A stretch of 63,868 nucleotides of DNA, filler included, from Stramenopiles sp. TOSAG23-6 (Eukaryota): assembly GCA_900128565.1 (NCBI GenBank). It is 16 parts of 16 records of this genome, joined end to end, with 100 filler letters (N's around TTAATTAATTAA, not from the genome) between each part and the next. Parts side by side here need not be neighbours in the genome. Positions count along the whole stretch, not along the records: positions 20,090 to 23,985 come from LT637328.1; positions 24,086 to 27,981 come from LT637329.1; positions 28,082 to 31,976 come from LT637330.1; positions 32,077 to 35,968 come from LT637331.1; 12 more parts are not named here. One strand, written 5' to 3'. Position numbers and translations under genes: made by a program. This document shows, piece after piece, positions 22,639 through 35,100 of the stretch. The notes beneath the pieces were generated by a model, which was not told where the DNA came from, made no database searches, and saw only the letters and a list, made by a program, of their open reading frames with translations. Each line of letters opens with the position of its first letter. Position 1 is the stretch's first letter.

Positions 22639-23296
22639 CTTCTTTTTCTTTTTCTTTGTTATTCATTTCTTTTTTTTTTCTTTTTTTTTCTTTTTTTTTG
22701 GAATTTAATGTCAGGTACCTGGTACCCATAGTTGATATATACTTTAGGCACAAAATGTAATATTATTATTGAAATGCGTACAAACACATGGTATATCTAT
22801 CTATATTATATATATAATATACTAGCTAATAATATGCTACACTGGTGGGATCTTGCGAGTGTGATCAATTCTACCATTCTCAGAGATCGCTCTACTGAAG
22901 GTACCGGGTACCTGTCACTGAATGATTCAAAAAAGGTCTCCATCAATTCAAATTCAGAGACCCTTGGTTTGGTAAATCGTCATTGTCCAAGAAGCAGTTC
23001 AAATCAGCGAATAGTAAATCTCAGGGGAAAGCGAAACGAAAAAAAGATAAGAGGAAGAGGGCGAGTCGAAAGCAAAATCGGCAGGCGAAATGAACAACAA
23101 CATTCAAGGAACCTTTACAAATAAATCCTTATTTATTCTGTTAAATATTTGTGTTATATAAGACTCAAGTACCAATTCCACATACAAGAACATACTGAAG
23201 CATAACATGCGATATCCATTATCATAGTACTCTTCGAGCGACAGGGCTGCAGATCGATTNNNNNNNNNNNNNNNNNNNNNNNNNNCCTTCTCCTTT

Positions 23297-23833
23297 TCAA
23301 TTAGCCCAGCCCGCCAAAAAGTTTTCGATTTCCTCAGTAGTGAATGATTTAGAGGACAAATCTTGCTGCTCGAGGGCTTCTGCCATGTTAATTTTCAGTT
23401 GCTCGTCATAGGCGTCGGCTGCAACTGCTTTGATTGTTGCTCGAGCCAAAGCCATGCCCTCCATTCCCTGCACTTCAACAATTGATTTATCCTTATCCCA
23501 CTTCATCAACACACGAGAGGACCACCAACGGTTCATGTCTGCCATTGCTCTGGGTTGACTGTCATATTCGTACATCTTCACGTTGCCGGTTCCTTCTTCT
23601 GTCCAAATTTGCCATTTCTCAAAATCAAACTTTTTTTTATTGTTCCACGTGGCTCCATCATATGCTTTTCCGTCACTGCTCCAGAGGAGTGTGGTGATAG
23701 CTATTGCAATCGCAGTGACCTCGATTGTGACACCAACCGGGCCTCCTAGCGTAGCTAGTAGGCCAGCCTTAACTGCTGCGTCTCCCAAGCCAACTGACGA
23801 CATGCAGGTTACAAACGTTGCTACTTCAGCCAT
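23297..23833 (-). CDS. Hypothetical protein with hydrophobic Gly/Ala-rich N-terminal segment
   Basis: 178-aa ATG-TGA ORF with higher GC than its flanks. Confidence 0.6.
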   Translation of the reverse strand: MAEVATFVTCMSSVGLGDAAVKAGLLATLGGPVGVTIEVTAIAIAITTLLWSSDGKAYDGATWNNKKKFDFEKWQIWTEEGTGNVKMYEYDSQPRAMADMNRWWSSRVLMKWDKDKSIVEVQGMEGMALARATIKAVAADAYDEQLKINMAEALEQQDLSSKSFTTEEIENFLAGWAN

Positions 23834-24149
23834 CTTTGGAATTTCTTTTTTTTCAAAATTTTTTGTGGCTACCGTACCATCATCATGACATTGTACGTAT
23901 ATACTCGGGTAGCAAATATTATTAATATCATAAAATTTCAGCCACTCGTTCCTCTCTTTTTTTCCGAAGAAAAAAAAAAGAAGCGNNNNNNNNNNNNNNN
24001 NNNNNNNNNNNNNNNNNNNNNNNNNNNNNTTAATTAATTAANNNNNNNNNNNNNNNNNNNNNNNNNNNNNNNNNNNNNNNNNNNNTACGAAATTTTGTAC
24101 CTAACAAATTTTAGTTTTTTTTTTTTGAAATATTTTTCCATTCTTACAG

Positions 24150-24912
24150 GCGTCCACTCAGAAAATTGTTTGGATTGGAATCCAACTCATTATTCTTCTA
24201 ATACATTTAATGTTTCTGTTGCGACATTAGTCGTTCTTCGAGGAAATTGTCTTTTCCGAGAAAACCCTAAACCTAATATAGAGAGTAAATGTAGTACAAG
24301 TTCAATTTCAAATTTTTCAAATGCCACCCCTCTGGAGAGAGATCATTTAGGAAATATCAGGCATAAAAATGTAAAAAATAATCGTAGAAATAGTCGAGGG
24401 GAAAATAACGAAAGAATATCGTATTTTTTTTTCAATTACGAATTTAATTTTTTTACATACGAAATTTTGTACCTAAACACAAACAAACAAAAAATATTTT
24501 TTCACAATATAGTGAAATAAATCGAGTCAAACAAAAATCAAAATGTGCCGAAGATAATAAAATATCTACACAATCGAAATATGAACAATTTAGTGAAAAT
24601 GTCGCTCAAGGTTTGTGTGCGTTCAATGATCCTCCATACCACACCACTTTTTCACGAAATTCATCAAATGCGCTTCGAGTATGTAGCTCCCCAATATCAT
24701 TCGGAGATCATGAAAAAAGTGTTTCTTTGGTGTCAAATTCACAACTGATTCTACCACCGATTCGCCGTGCTATTAGCTGTGCTACACAAATGTTTGATGC
24801 TCGAGCGTATCTGCACCAATACTCACAGCATGGTGTGGATGAAACAATGTTTGAGGAGACATTTATGGAGATGAATCAAATAGTGACTAACTATCAAAAC
24901 CTTTCAACCTAA
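24150..24912 (+). CDS. TUBD1: Delta-tubulin C-terminal exons (intron 24421-24512, GT-AG)
   Basis: VATLVVLRG...EKSVSLVSNSQ...QMFDARAYLHQYSQHGVDE..F. Confidence 0.8.
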
Positions 24913-24996
24913 AATAGAAAATTAGAATTTACTTTTAGTTATTTGTTGGAAAAAGTTATTTTTCAAAATAAACCTTGTAATTAATGTTTTCTTCAA

Positions 24997-27924
24997 CTAA
25001 ACATTTGTCATTAAATTTTTTGCTTCTTTGAAAAATTTCACAAATTCATCATCTGAACTCTCGACAACACTCATTAAACTCTGACACGCTTTTCTTAACG
25101 ACGATTCATCAGTCAAAGTTTCATTGCTGTGTGTCTTGCGCAAATCTTTCTCGAACTTTTCCGATGCCTTTTTAGCACAATCCACAACAGAATTTGGTAA
25201 TCGTGCCAATCGAGCAACATTAATACCATAACTTTTCGGACACGCGCCACTTTGTAGAGTATAAAGGAAAGTGACCCTCTGCTCTGGGTCTGCAACATCA
25301 ACATAGCTAGACATATGACCTAACTGTACACGAGGGTTGGATGTAAATCGGTCGACTAGATTATAGTAATGTGTTGAAAATAAAGTACGGCAGCACTTTT
25401 CTTGGGATAAATATTCCAACACAGCTGATGCTATAGCAGCGCCATCAAATGTGGACGTTCCACGACCTAATTCATCAATAATTAAAAGAGATTTACCTGT
25501 CGCTTGACGAAGCATTTCCGATGTTTCACTTAACTCTACAAAGAAAGTAGATTGGCCTTCCATTAATTTGTCACTTGCACCAAGTCGAGTAAATATGCGA
25601 TCCACAGGTGTCAACTCCATACTTTCTGCTGGAACATAACAACCAATTTGAGCCATAATTACTGCGATACAAGTCTGGCGAAGCAAAGTGGATTTACCAC
25701 CCATATTCGGTCCTGTCAGAAGTAAAGCAGCTGGAGATTCACCACCAAGAACTACACTATTTGGTATGAAATCACTCCCACTAAACGTCTCAACAACACA
25801 CGGATGCCAACCTTTCGTCACACGCAAAATATCTTTTGCGTCTTTTGAAGTTTTCTTAATAAAGGAAGGACGACACATAGTACCCGCTGAATTCTTTGAC
25901 ACAAGAGCTAAAGAAGAAATACAATCAAGTAATGCAATAGCTCTTGAGATTTCCTGCCATAACTTGCTATCAGAGTCGAAACGGAAGAAAAGTCTACGTG
26001 TCACATCTCGCAGCGAACTCGCCAGTCTTTCTTCGGCAATACCAAGGTCTTCAATCATACCCTCTAACTCACGTGTGCGATACCTTCGAGAACCTTTTTT
26101 CTTACTTGATACAGTATATTCATTAGGAACTTTTGNNNNNNNNNNNNNNNNNNNNNNNNNNNNNNNNNNNNNNNNNNNNNNNNNNNNNNNNNNGTTGTTA
26201 TTTTTCCCAAAGTAAATGATTCGTTGCCCTATACGTTTTTCTTGTTCTTTTTTATATTCTTCGAGTGCATTTTCAGCTTCCTTTACAGAATCTGAAGCAG
26301 CGTCATATTCTTCGTCTGTACCTGTTGGTGGAATAATTGTACCTGTCTCGAGAGCTTTTCTTTTATTTCCAATCATCACATCAAAATTTGAAAGTTTTTC
26401 TCTGATATCCGGAAATGAAACTACACCAACACCTGCAATGTTAACGCTAGAAACTTTATCAGATTCACCGGGGAGAATCGCACAAAGGAGAGGTGATTTT
26501 ATGGATGATTGATCAAATCNNNNNNNNNNNNNNNNNNNNNNNNNNNNNNNNNNNNNNNNNNNNNNNNNNNNNNNNNNNNNNNNNNATTTTCACCTTTCGC
26601 TTTCCATATATAACTTCTTCGTACATAACTGCGCGGCTTCCAGGATGGTGTTTATCTTTAACATCTTGCGGCACACCAAGTGTGTGTACATTTTGTAGTA
26701 ATCGTTCAATATCAGGTAACTGTCGAATATCCTGTATTTTGGAAAAATATTTCAAAATGTTTTTGTTAGGTACAAAAGTCTTATAAAAAAATAAATTCGA
26801 AATTGAAAAAAAATAAAACATACATTTCTCACTGCTTGCAAAGTTTCATCCAACTCCATAAGTTCTTCAATAGTATCCAAACGAAGATTGATATCTTTTA
26901 CTAACGAAAGGGGAGTACAAATCCATTGCTTTAATAGTCTACGGCCCATAGGACTAAAAGTATGATTAATAATATTAAATAAACTACCCTTAGCACGCTC
27001 CTTTACACTTCCTGTAGCGCCTTCTGCTACAAAAACTTCGAGATTTGTGAGAGTTGTCCCATCTAATGCAAGAGGAGATTCAGATGTTTCAGCGGAACTC
27101 ATTGCTTTTTCAATAGCAAGTGTGTTTTTATCCTGAACTACACTTCCTTCTTTCAGTGACTTATGATCAACAGACATCCATTCAAACCGTCTATGAGAGA
27201 CGAGATTTTTAGCCACGAAACATCTTCTAAGTAAACAGAGTGCCCCACCAAGCGCAGCTATTCCAGCAGTACCTAAAATTTCATCACTGCCATTCGCCTT
27301 CATCATTTCTTGCAACACAACTGGCCATGAATCTATCGAATCACCAAGAAAAGTTTTTTTTGATAAGAGTTCTCTAGAATATTCCGTTGCCCAACACTTA
27401 TCTTCCGCTGGTGGAAGTCGTGTGGTCAAAACCCCAGGGGCATGAACAGCAACCATTTTTTTGGTTCCAGGGCTTAACCCCTTTGACATAAAAACAATCT
27501 CACTCGGTTGAACTTGTACTAAAAGAGTGACTAGACGAGATCTTGAAACTGGATCATCCAAAAACTGTCCCATTTTAAAAATACCAGAAGCTGCATCAAT
27601 AACGACAAATCCCAACATACCTACATCTTTGTCATTTCCTATAGACCTGCCTTTTGCAGATATTCCAGACATTGCTGGTGCTGATACATCACTTTCATTA
27701 TTTGAAACATCAGATTCAAATATCGAGAGGAGAAGTTGTGGCGGATTTCCATCCTTATCAGCTTTATCGAGTACACTGAAAGTGCGAGTACCAGCGGATA
27801 ATACGGAACAAATCTCACGTTGTACGACCTTTCTCTTTGGCCCTCGACAAGTTTTGTTATACTCTTTCATTTGTTGAGGTGTTTCTGTCTGTTCTACTCG
27901 GGCTACTCGATATCCTCGACTTAC
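24997..27924 (-). CDS. MSH6: DNA mismatch repair protein MSH6, 5'-truncated; intron 26823-26732 (GT-AG) and an upstream intron end apparently at TT (27925)
   Basis: GYRVARVEQTETP, LDGTTLTNLE, LPDIERLL, LTGPNMGGKST, STFFVELSET, DELGRGTSTFDG, CPKSYG. Confidence 0.95.
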
Positions 27925-28165
27925 AAGTATTTTGGAAAAATATTTGAAAAAAAATCTAAAAAAATTTGTTAGGTACAAAATNNNNNNNNNNNNNNNNNNN
28001 NNNNNNNNNNNNNNNNNNNNNNNNNTTAATTAATTAANNNNNNNNNNNNNNNNNNNNNNNNNNNNNNNNNNNNNNNNNNNNTATTTCAAAAAAAAAAACT
28101 TAAATTTGTTAGGTACAAAATTTCGTACGAAAAAAAAATCAAATTTGAAAAAAAATTAAACATAC

Positions 28166-28894
28166 ATGTGGGGATTTGCCCTGTTCGTGACACGTGTAAA
28201 TTACCCCAAGAGCAGTTCCGACATCTACTGTAGCCAGAGCGCCAGTATTACAGTGGTGTAAAATATTTGCCCCATTTGGAACAACAGAAGCACCTAACTC
28301 ACCCATGTACTGTGAAAAAATTTGTAGAAAAAAATCGTTAGGTATGGAATTTCGTACAAAAAAAAAATTAAAATTAAATTTTATAAGGTACATGCGTCGG
28401 TTTATCTGAATATCATCATTGGCAAGTTCTTCAGCTTTTTTGTATAAACAAGTGACAAAGTCCTCTGCAGTTAATGAATGTTTGAGAGATTTCGCTAGAC
28501 GTAGCATAATGCTAGTGGCCCATGTTAAATTTACTGCAGTTGGTCGGGCAGAATCTAAGCATTTCTTTGCTGTACATAAGATATTTCGCAAGTCGTCCTG
28601 TGTCACTGTTTCGGGGTTTTGTTTAAAGCAGCTTTGGGCTGCCAATACCATACCATACGCACCAGCCACTCCAATTGCTGGTGCTCCACGAACAATCATT
28701 GTACGGATCGCAAAGGCAGTTTCTTCATATGTCGTACAGGTGAATACTTCTAGCTTGGAGGGAAGTAAAGGTTGGTTAATCAAATTCAAGCAACCTTGAC
28801 CGATAATTTTTTTTCCATCCTTGAACTCCCACCACACCGATCGCTTAGCGATTGTAGACTCCGTGAATACTGGTGATGGCTTTGAGTAATCCAT
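28166..28894 (-). CDS. MRI1: Methylthioribose-1-phosphate isomerase, 3'-truncated; intron 28391-28305
   Basis: IRTMIVRGAPAIG, SARPTAVNLTWA, HHCNTGALAT..GTALGVI. Confidence 0.95.
28305..28391 (-). other. GT-AT intron (87 nt, stop-free 3n)
   Basis: CGCAT|GTACCT...ATACCTAAC...TTTTTTCACAGTACAT|GGGT; join gives INRRMGELGA; the internal CAG is out of frame. Confidence 0.85.
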
Positions 28895-29093
28895 TTGAAA
28901 GTTTTCTCTGGATATTTCTAAAACTTTAAGTATATTTCGTTTTTTTTTGGTGTTGTGGCGTGCCACGTGGCGGCTGGCCGCGGTCAAAATTTGACAAACA
29001 TCATCATTCGAAAGTGTGGATCACACTGTTGACATCAAAATTTTTTTAGATTCTTATGAATCTTATCATTAACATTTAATTCACTTCTCCACA

Positions 29094-29546
29094 ATGTCAG
29101 TCAATGTATCATCTCTTACTAAAGATGGTTATGTTTTTCTAAATGGTAATCCATGCAAGATTACAGATGTGGTTGTTTCAAAAACAGGTAAACATGGAAA
29201 AGCAAAAACAAAGGTAAGTGGCACTGATGTTTTCACAAATAGAGATTTCACAGATATATTTCTCGCCGACACAAGATGTTCAGTACCATCTATATCTTCA
29301 AAATTATCTACACTCACTTTATCAGGATGTGATACTACATCAAATCTTGTAAATTTAATCGATTCTGCTGGAAATACTTCTATTGTAATGCTTCCACTTG
29401 AAGATACGATGCGCACAGAATTTGTTGAATTTTGTGAAAAAAATCTCGGTGGTGAAGTTAGTCTTGAGGTATTAACGGGCCCATCAGGTGAAGCAGAAGG
29501 AAGTCTTCATAAATCAATTGTTGTTAGCTTTACAAAACAAAATTAA
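29094..29546 (+). CDS. Divergent eIF5A-like protein
   Basis: L.K.GYV.LNGNPCKI.D...SKTGKHGKAK...GTDVFT. Confidence 0.85.
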   Translation: MSVNVSSLTKDGYVFLNGNPCKITDVVVSKTGKHGKAKTKVSGTDVFTNRDFTDIFLADTRCSVPSISSKLSTLTLSGCDTTSNLVNLIDSAGNTSIVMLPLEDTMRTEFVEFCEKNLGGEVSLEVLTGPSGEAEGSLHKSIVVSFTKQN

Positions 29547-30085
29547 ATCAAGTATACAACAGAATTTATTATTCGGGTACATTGTTTTTTTTTAGTTGTT
29601 TTTTAATTTCGAATTTATTTTTTTTTCGTACGAAATTTTGTACCTAACAAGTAACAAAACTTCCAGGTGAGGGGCATATTTTTGAATTTCCATACCCTTT
29701 GCTAACGTATTTTAGCAATATCATTTGGACGAGTCCAAGACTCCCAAGACTCCAAGCAAAAATATGATAATACATACTAATAAAAAAAATCAGCATCTGG
29801 TACAACAGTCGAGCAATGTCAAATTCATTACAATCTAAATACCTTGAGCAGAGACCACGTAATCTCCACGTGTCATTTTTCGATCGACTTCGTTCGGTTC
29901 GCGCGACCCATCAAAATTTGATCAAGTTGTATCGTAAATGTACCAGGGGAGGGTAGCTACCTCTGATACAGTGATTATTACTCATTTACTCTGTTTAGTA
30001 TCCTTCAAAGAAACTTGTTATTCCAGTGTATTTTTATCATTCTAGTGCGAGGTTTTAGTTTATTTGGATTTGATTAATTGCAAGC

Positions 30086-31650
30086 ATGCGAAATTCAACT
30101 GCTATAGCAGAGAAAAAAATAGCCAAACTACCATCCAGCGTGAAATCACTCTTTCAGCAAGTAGTTTGGGCAAAACAGAAGAGCTACCCTTGGTGGCCAG
30201 CATTAGTGTTAAGTCCCCTCGACCTAAAGCTTTCTTATAAACAAGGGAAAGAATATTTGAAGAAGATGAACAAGTATTATTTTGTTATGTACTACGGTGA
30301 ACGCACCACGTGTTTGATTAAACACGAGATGATAAAACCGTGGAAGATGTTGAACGCGACTGATACACTCGCTGCGTTAGAAAAAGGTAGCCCGAAATCT
30401 AAGAATTTAGCAAAACAACTAAAGGTATCAATAAAGCAAGCGTTACACGAAATGGATTTCCCTGTGAATTTGATCTCTTTTCATGCGAAACGAACCTGTA
30501 ACTATATGGCAGCTCATGCGTGGGATAGTGAACCTTTGGAAATTAGTTCTACGAATAGTGGCACGTCTTTAGAAGGTCGAGTTGTGAGTATTTTTATCTC
30601 TAACGAAGAGTATGAAGGTGGAGGGTATGATTCTCTTGGATTTGTCAAGGCTTTTGATTCCTCCAAAAAAACAGATAAATATCTAATACGATATTTTGAA
30701 CTTGGACAAGACCCAGAAGAGTGGCTCGATCTTGGGGATGCGTCTAGAAAAGTAAAATTATTTCTAGATCCAAAAAAACAACAAAAAGAGAAGAAATGCG
30801 AAACCAAACAAACCAAAACAAAACTAAATGAAACATCTTCCCCTACTAGTGAAGACTTGGGGGAGTCTTTGAAAAAAGAAACTAATAAAGAAAAACACGA
30901 AAAAACTAACGAAAAAGAAAAAAACAATGAAAAAAACACTGAAAAAAAACAATATAACTAGTCCAGTAAAGTCAAATAATGAAGCGTATAACAGAATTAT
31001 GGAACGCCGCAACTCAGCCAAAACGGCAAGTAGTAGTAGTAGTAGTAGTAGCTCAAGCTCTTCAAGTTCAAGTAGTAGCTCAAGTTCTTCAAGTTCAAGT
31101 AGCAGCTCAAGTGATGATGATGAGCCGGTGCAAAATATCTCTAAAAAAAAGAAAAAAAAGAACCCTAACCCTAACAAAAATAAAACTCCAAAGAGAGGAA
31201 AGAAAAAAAAAGTGGATGATGGTCGACCAAAGCGACCACCTTCTGCATACTTAATATTCACAAAGAAAAATCGAACTCGTATCATTGAGGAAAATGAAGG
31301 TTTGAAACCAAAAGAAGTGATGTACGTTTTCATTTTTTTATTTTTGGTTTTCATACAAAATTTCGTACGTAACCAAAAAATATTTTTTTTTTTTTTTTTT
31401 TTTTTTGGTTTTCGTAAAAAAATTTCATACTTAATGAATTTTAAATTTTTGAAATATTTTTCATCAACACATGTCAGCCTTGGGGAGTGCGTGGTCTAAA
31501 CTTACCCCTGAAGAAAAACAACCATATGAAGAAGAAGCAAATGTGGCAAAGATTCAGCACGGTGTAGATATGAAAGAATGGAAATCTAAAAAGAAATCAG
31601 ATTTATCTGCAGAGAAAACTTTAAAGAAATTAAAGGAAAAAGAAGACAAT
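30086..31650 (+). CDS. PWWP + HMG-box chromatin protein; frameshift near 30930-30960 (A-tract) and GT-AT intron 31322-31472 within the HMG box
   Basis: VVWAKQKSYPWWPA; PKRPPSAYLIF...PKEVM|SALGSAWSKLTPEEKQPYEEEA. Confidence 0.85.
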
Positions 31651-31894
31651 GTACGTTTTTTTTTTTTTTTTTTTTTGAATTTTTTTTTTTTCGTACGAAA
31701 TTTTGTACCTAACAAAATATTTTTTTTTTTTTGAAATATTTTTCCAAAATACATTGAGACTTCAATGGCTGCCTTTTCAAGCAGAAGAAAAAGAATCCAA
31801 TGGATCTGTTGATGTGACTGTAATGAAAGATCTTTTATCAACCGAACTTGAAATGTTACGACTTTCCGTAGCAAAATTATACGTTTTAAAAAAA

Positions 31895-31940
<46 letters not shown>

Positions 31941-32164
31941 TTTTCCCTAAAAAAAAAAAAAAATTTTAAAAAAAAANNNNNNNNNNNNNNNNNNNNNNNN
32001 NNNNNNNNNNNNNNNNNNNNTTAATTAATTAANNNNNNNNNNNNNNNNNNNNNNNNNNNNNNNNNNNNNNNNNNNNGTTTTCATCATGAATTTCAAATTT
32101 ATTTNTTTTCATACGNAANTTTTGTNCCNACAAATTTTTTGTGAAATATTTTTTCACATTACAT

Positions 32165-35100
32165 GATCCTAATGGTGGAACTAAAATAGGTAAATGTGTT
32201 ATTGAGTTACAGCGTCGACTTCCACTGGCACGTATTGTATATTGTTCAGCTACTGGTGTTTCAGATGTGAGTAATATGGCATTTATGAATCGTCTGGGTG
32301 TGTATGTATGTTTTATTTTTTTTTTTAACAAAAAAATTGAATTTTTTTTCGTACGAAATGTTGTACCTAACAAATTTAAGTTTTTTTTTTGAAATATTTT
32401 TGCAAAATACATGGAAAAGATACTACATTTCCAACATTTGATGACTTCAACAGTGCTTTATCTCGTAGAGGTATAGCTGCTCTAGAACTTTTAGCAATGG
32501 ATATGAAATCTTCTGGAATGTATGTTTCACGAGGTCTTGGTTTTGCATCCTGTGAATTTCGTCAAGTGGAAGCTNCTCTGTACGTGNTCAAAAATGAATT
32601 NTGTTTTTCTATCAAATTTTGTCACGATTTTTTTTTTTCACGAAAAAAAAAAAAAAAATATTTTTTCACAAAATATAACACCTGTACAAATAAAAATGTA
32701 TAATAATTGTGCTTCGCTGTGGTCTGATATAAAAACATCTATAGATAAAGCTATTTCTATAACGAAACAAAAAAAACATAGTAGAGTGTGGAATTCTTGT
32801 ACGTTTTCAAAATTGAATTTCAAATTTATTTTTCGTACGAAATTTTGAACTTTACANTTTTTTTTTTCCGTAAAAAAAAAATATTTTTTCACAATGCATA
32901 CTGGTCAAGCCATCAACGTTTTTTTAATCAACTTTGTCAAGCATTGAAGTTAGATATAGTTGTACGAGAATCATTAAATGCATTAAATAATGGCATGTCA
33001 GTTATTATAGGTCTTCAAAGTACTGGTGAATCTGGCTTGTTATATGCCTTGGAAAAAATAGAAAAAATNAATTTGAAATCGAAAGAAGAAGAAATAGCGA
33101 AATGGCGTTCACAATCTTGTTTACGTAATGTTTCTAACTCAAAAGTAAAAGATACAAAAAATAGTATACACACGAAGCAGCGGAATGTGAAACATTTATT
33201 AAAACAAGCAAAATTTTCTTCCTCTGTGAAAGTTGGTTCTTCGGGTACTTCTAATATGGTTAGTTTGTTAGAAAAATTCATTGAAGTTTATTTTCCTACT
33301 ATTACTGAAATTAGAACCAGAATTTTTCCTGGAAATGAAGAAAAAAACGTTGCAACGAAACAAATTGATCCAACTCATTATTTTGATTCTGATTCTGATT
33401 CTGAAGGAGAGTCCGATAAAGATTTAATTATAAATAGTGAAAATATTGAAAATATTGAAAATAGTTCGAGTAAGTCAAAAGATGTAGGATCATCAATGGC
33501 AAATACAATTGATATAATATCATGTAACTTAGTCGATAATGATGATGATGATGNTNTTTTACTATCAAAACATATACCTAAACAAATGCCACACGAAAGA
33601 GCACATTGTCTCCAATATCAATGGTCGGACAAACCTGCTGAATATCGTCGAGATTATATCTGTAATTCTTGTTATTGCTATGTGTGTGATATTCCAGCAA
33701 AAGAATGTAAAAAATGGTATACAATGGAACGACATTATAATGCTAGTAGTTGCACGTTTTCATTATGAATTTCAATTTTTTTTTTTTTCATATTTGTATG
33801 AAATTTTGTACCTAACGAATTTAAAATTTAAAGTATGCTTTCACAATATTTGTAGTGTCGTATGGCAAAAAAAAAGAAAGGATGCAAAAATTAAAGGTTC
33901 AACTACAACAGAGAAATTTCGTATCGAAAAATCTTTTGAATCATCCAATTTAGTAATAGATGTTAAAATACCAATGAATGCAGTTCCAGGTTCTCAATTT
34001 GATTTCTATCTTGATAAAAATATATATGAAGGAGTTGATCATTTGTCGGAAAAACAACGGAAATATAGTATCTCTGTTCCTATCTATGAAAAACCTGGAA
34101 ATATATTACGTACAAGTATCACCTATCATGTCCCAGTCACGTATCGCGTTTCAGAAGTATCTGTAGAATCATTAGTTAAAGAAAAACAATGTTTATTAGA
34201 TAGAGTAAAACAACTGTGTCTACCCCAAACTCCACTGGATAGTTTAATTAATAGACTTGGTGGACCAGATAATGTTGCTGAAATGACAGGGAGACGTCTT
34301 CGGGTAATTAACGGTGAAGTAAAAGTTAGATATGGAAGTAATTATAAAAATGGATCTCAAAGTTCTAAAGGTAATAATAAAGATTCACCAGGAGGTTCTG
34401 CTGACCAAACTAATTTGCGAGAACAACGTGAATTTATGAGTGGACAGAAAAGAGTTGCTGTTATATCCGATGCTGCAAGTACAGGAATATCACTACATGC
34501 TGCTCGTGCTTGTCTCAATCAGCAGCGACGATGTCACATTACATTGGAATTGCCTTGGTCTGCCGATAAAGCTATTCAACAATTAGGCCGGTCTCATAGA
34601 TCAAATGCAACGTCCTCTCCAATTTATACACTTGTAGTATCAAATCTCGCGGGGGAAAAACGTTTTATTTCAACTATTGCACAAAGATTAGAAGCTTTAG
34701 GAGCGATTACACGTGGTGATCGTCGAGCTTCGGGTCTTGATTTGAGTGAGTTTAATGTGGATGATTTGTATGGAAGAAATGCATTGGAGGCTTGGTATTC
34801 TGCATTAATTGATCATGGGTCTCTTCCTGTTGGTGTAAAGTGGTCAGAAGTCCAAAAGTTATGTTCAAGTTTACCTCCACCTGTATTGTCTACACAATTT
34901 ACAGGTAACACTAAAGATATTGAAAAAAATGAATGGACCCTCCATGCATTGTGCAATATTTTACGTGATAGTTTAGTCACTATGGGGGTCGCAAAGTGTT
35001 TAGATAATTTCGTGATTTCACAGAATTATTCAAAATCTGTATCAATTAGTATAGATAAAAAATATCGAAGAAATGTCAAAGTATTTTTAAATCGAATGCT

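Noticed and set aside
30927-30961. Programmed frameshift between PWWP and HMG ORFs
   Set aside because: It falls in A-tracts in an assembly with many homopolymer errors.
32304-32410. Reading the introns as U12-type AT-AC
   Set aside because: Possible only by sliding 2 nt in duplicated flanks. There is no ATATCC donor, many copies would end AT/GC/GT/TT instead of AC, and GT is the near-invariant boundary.
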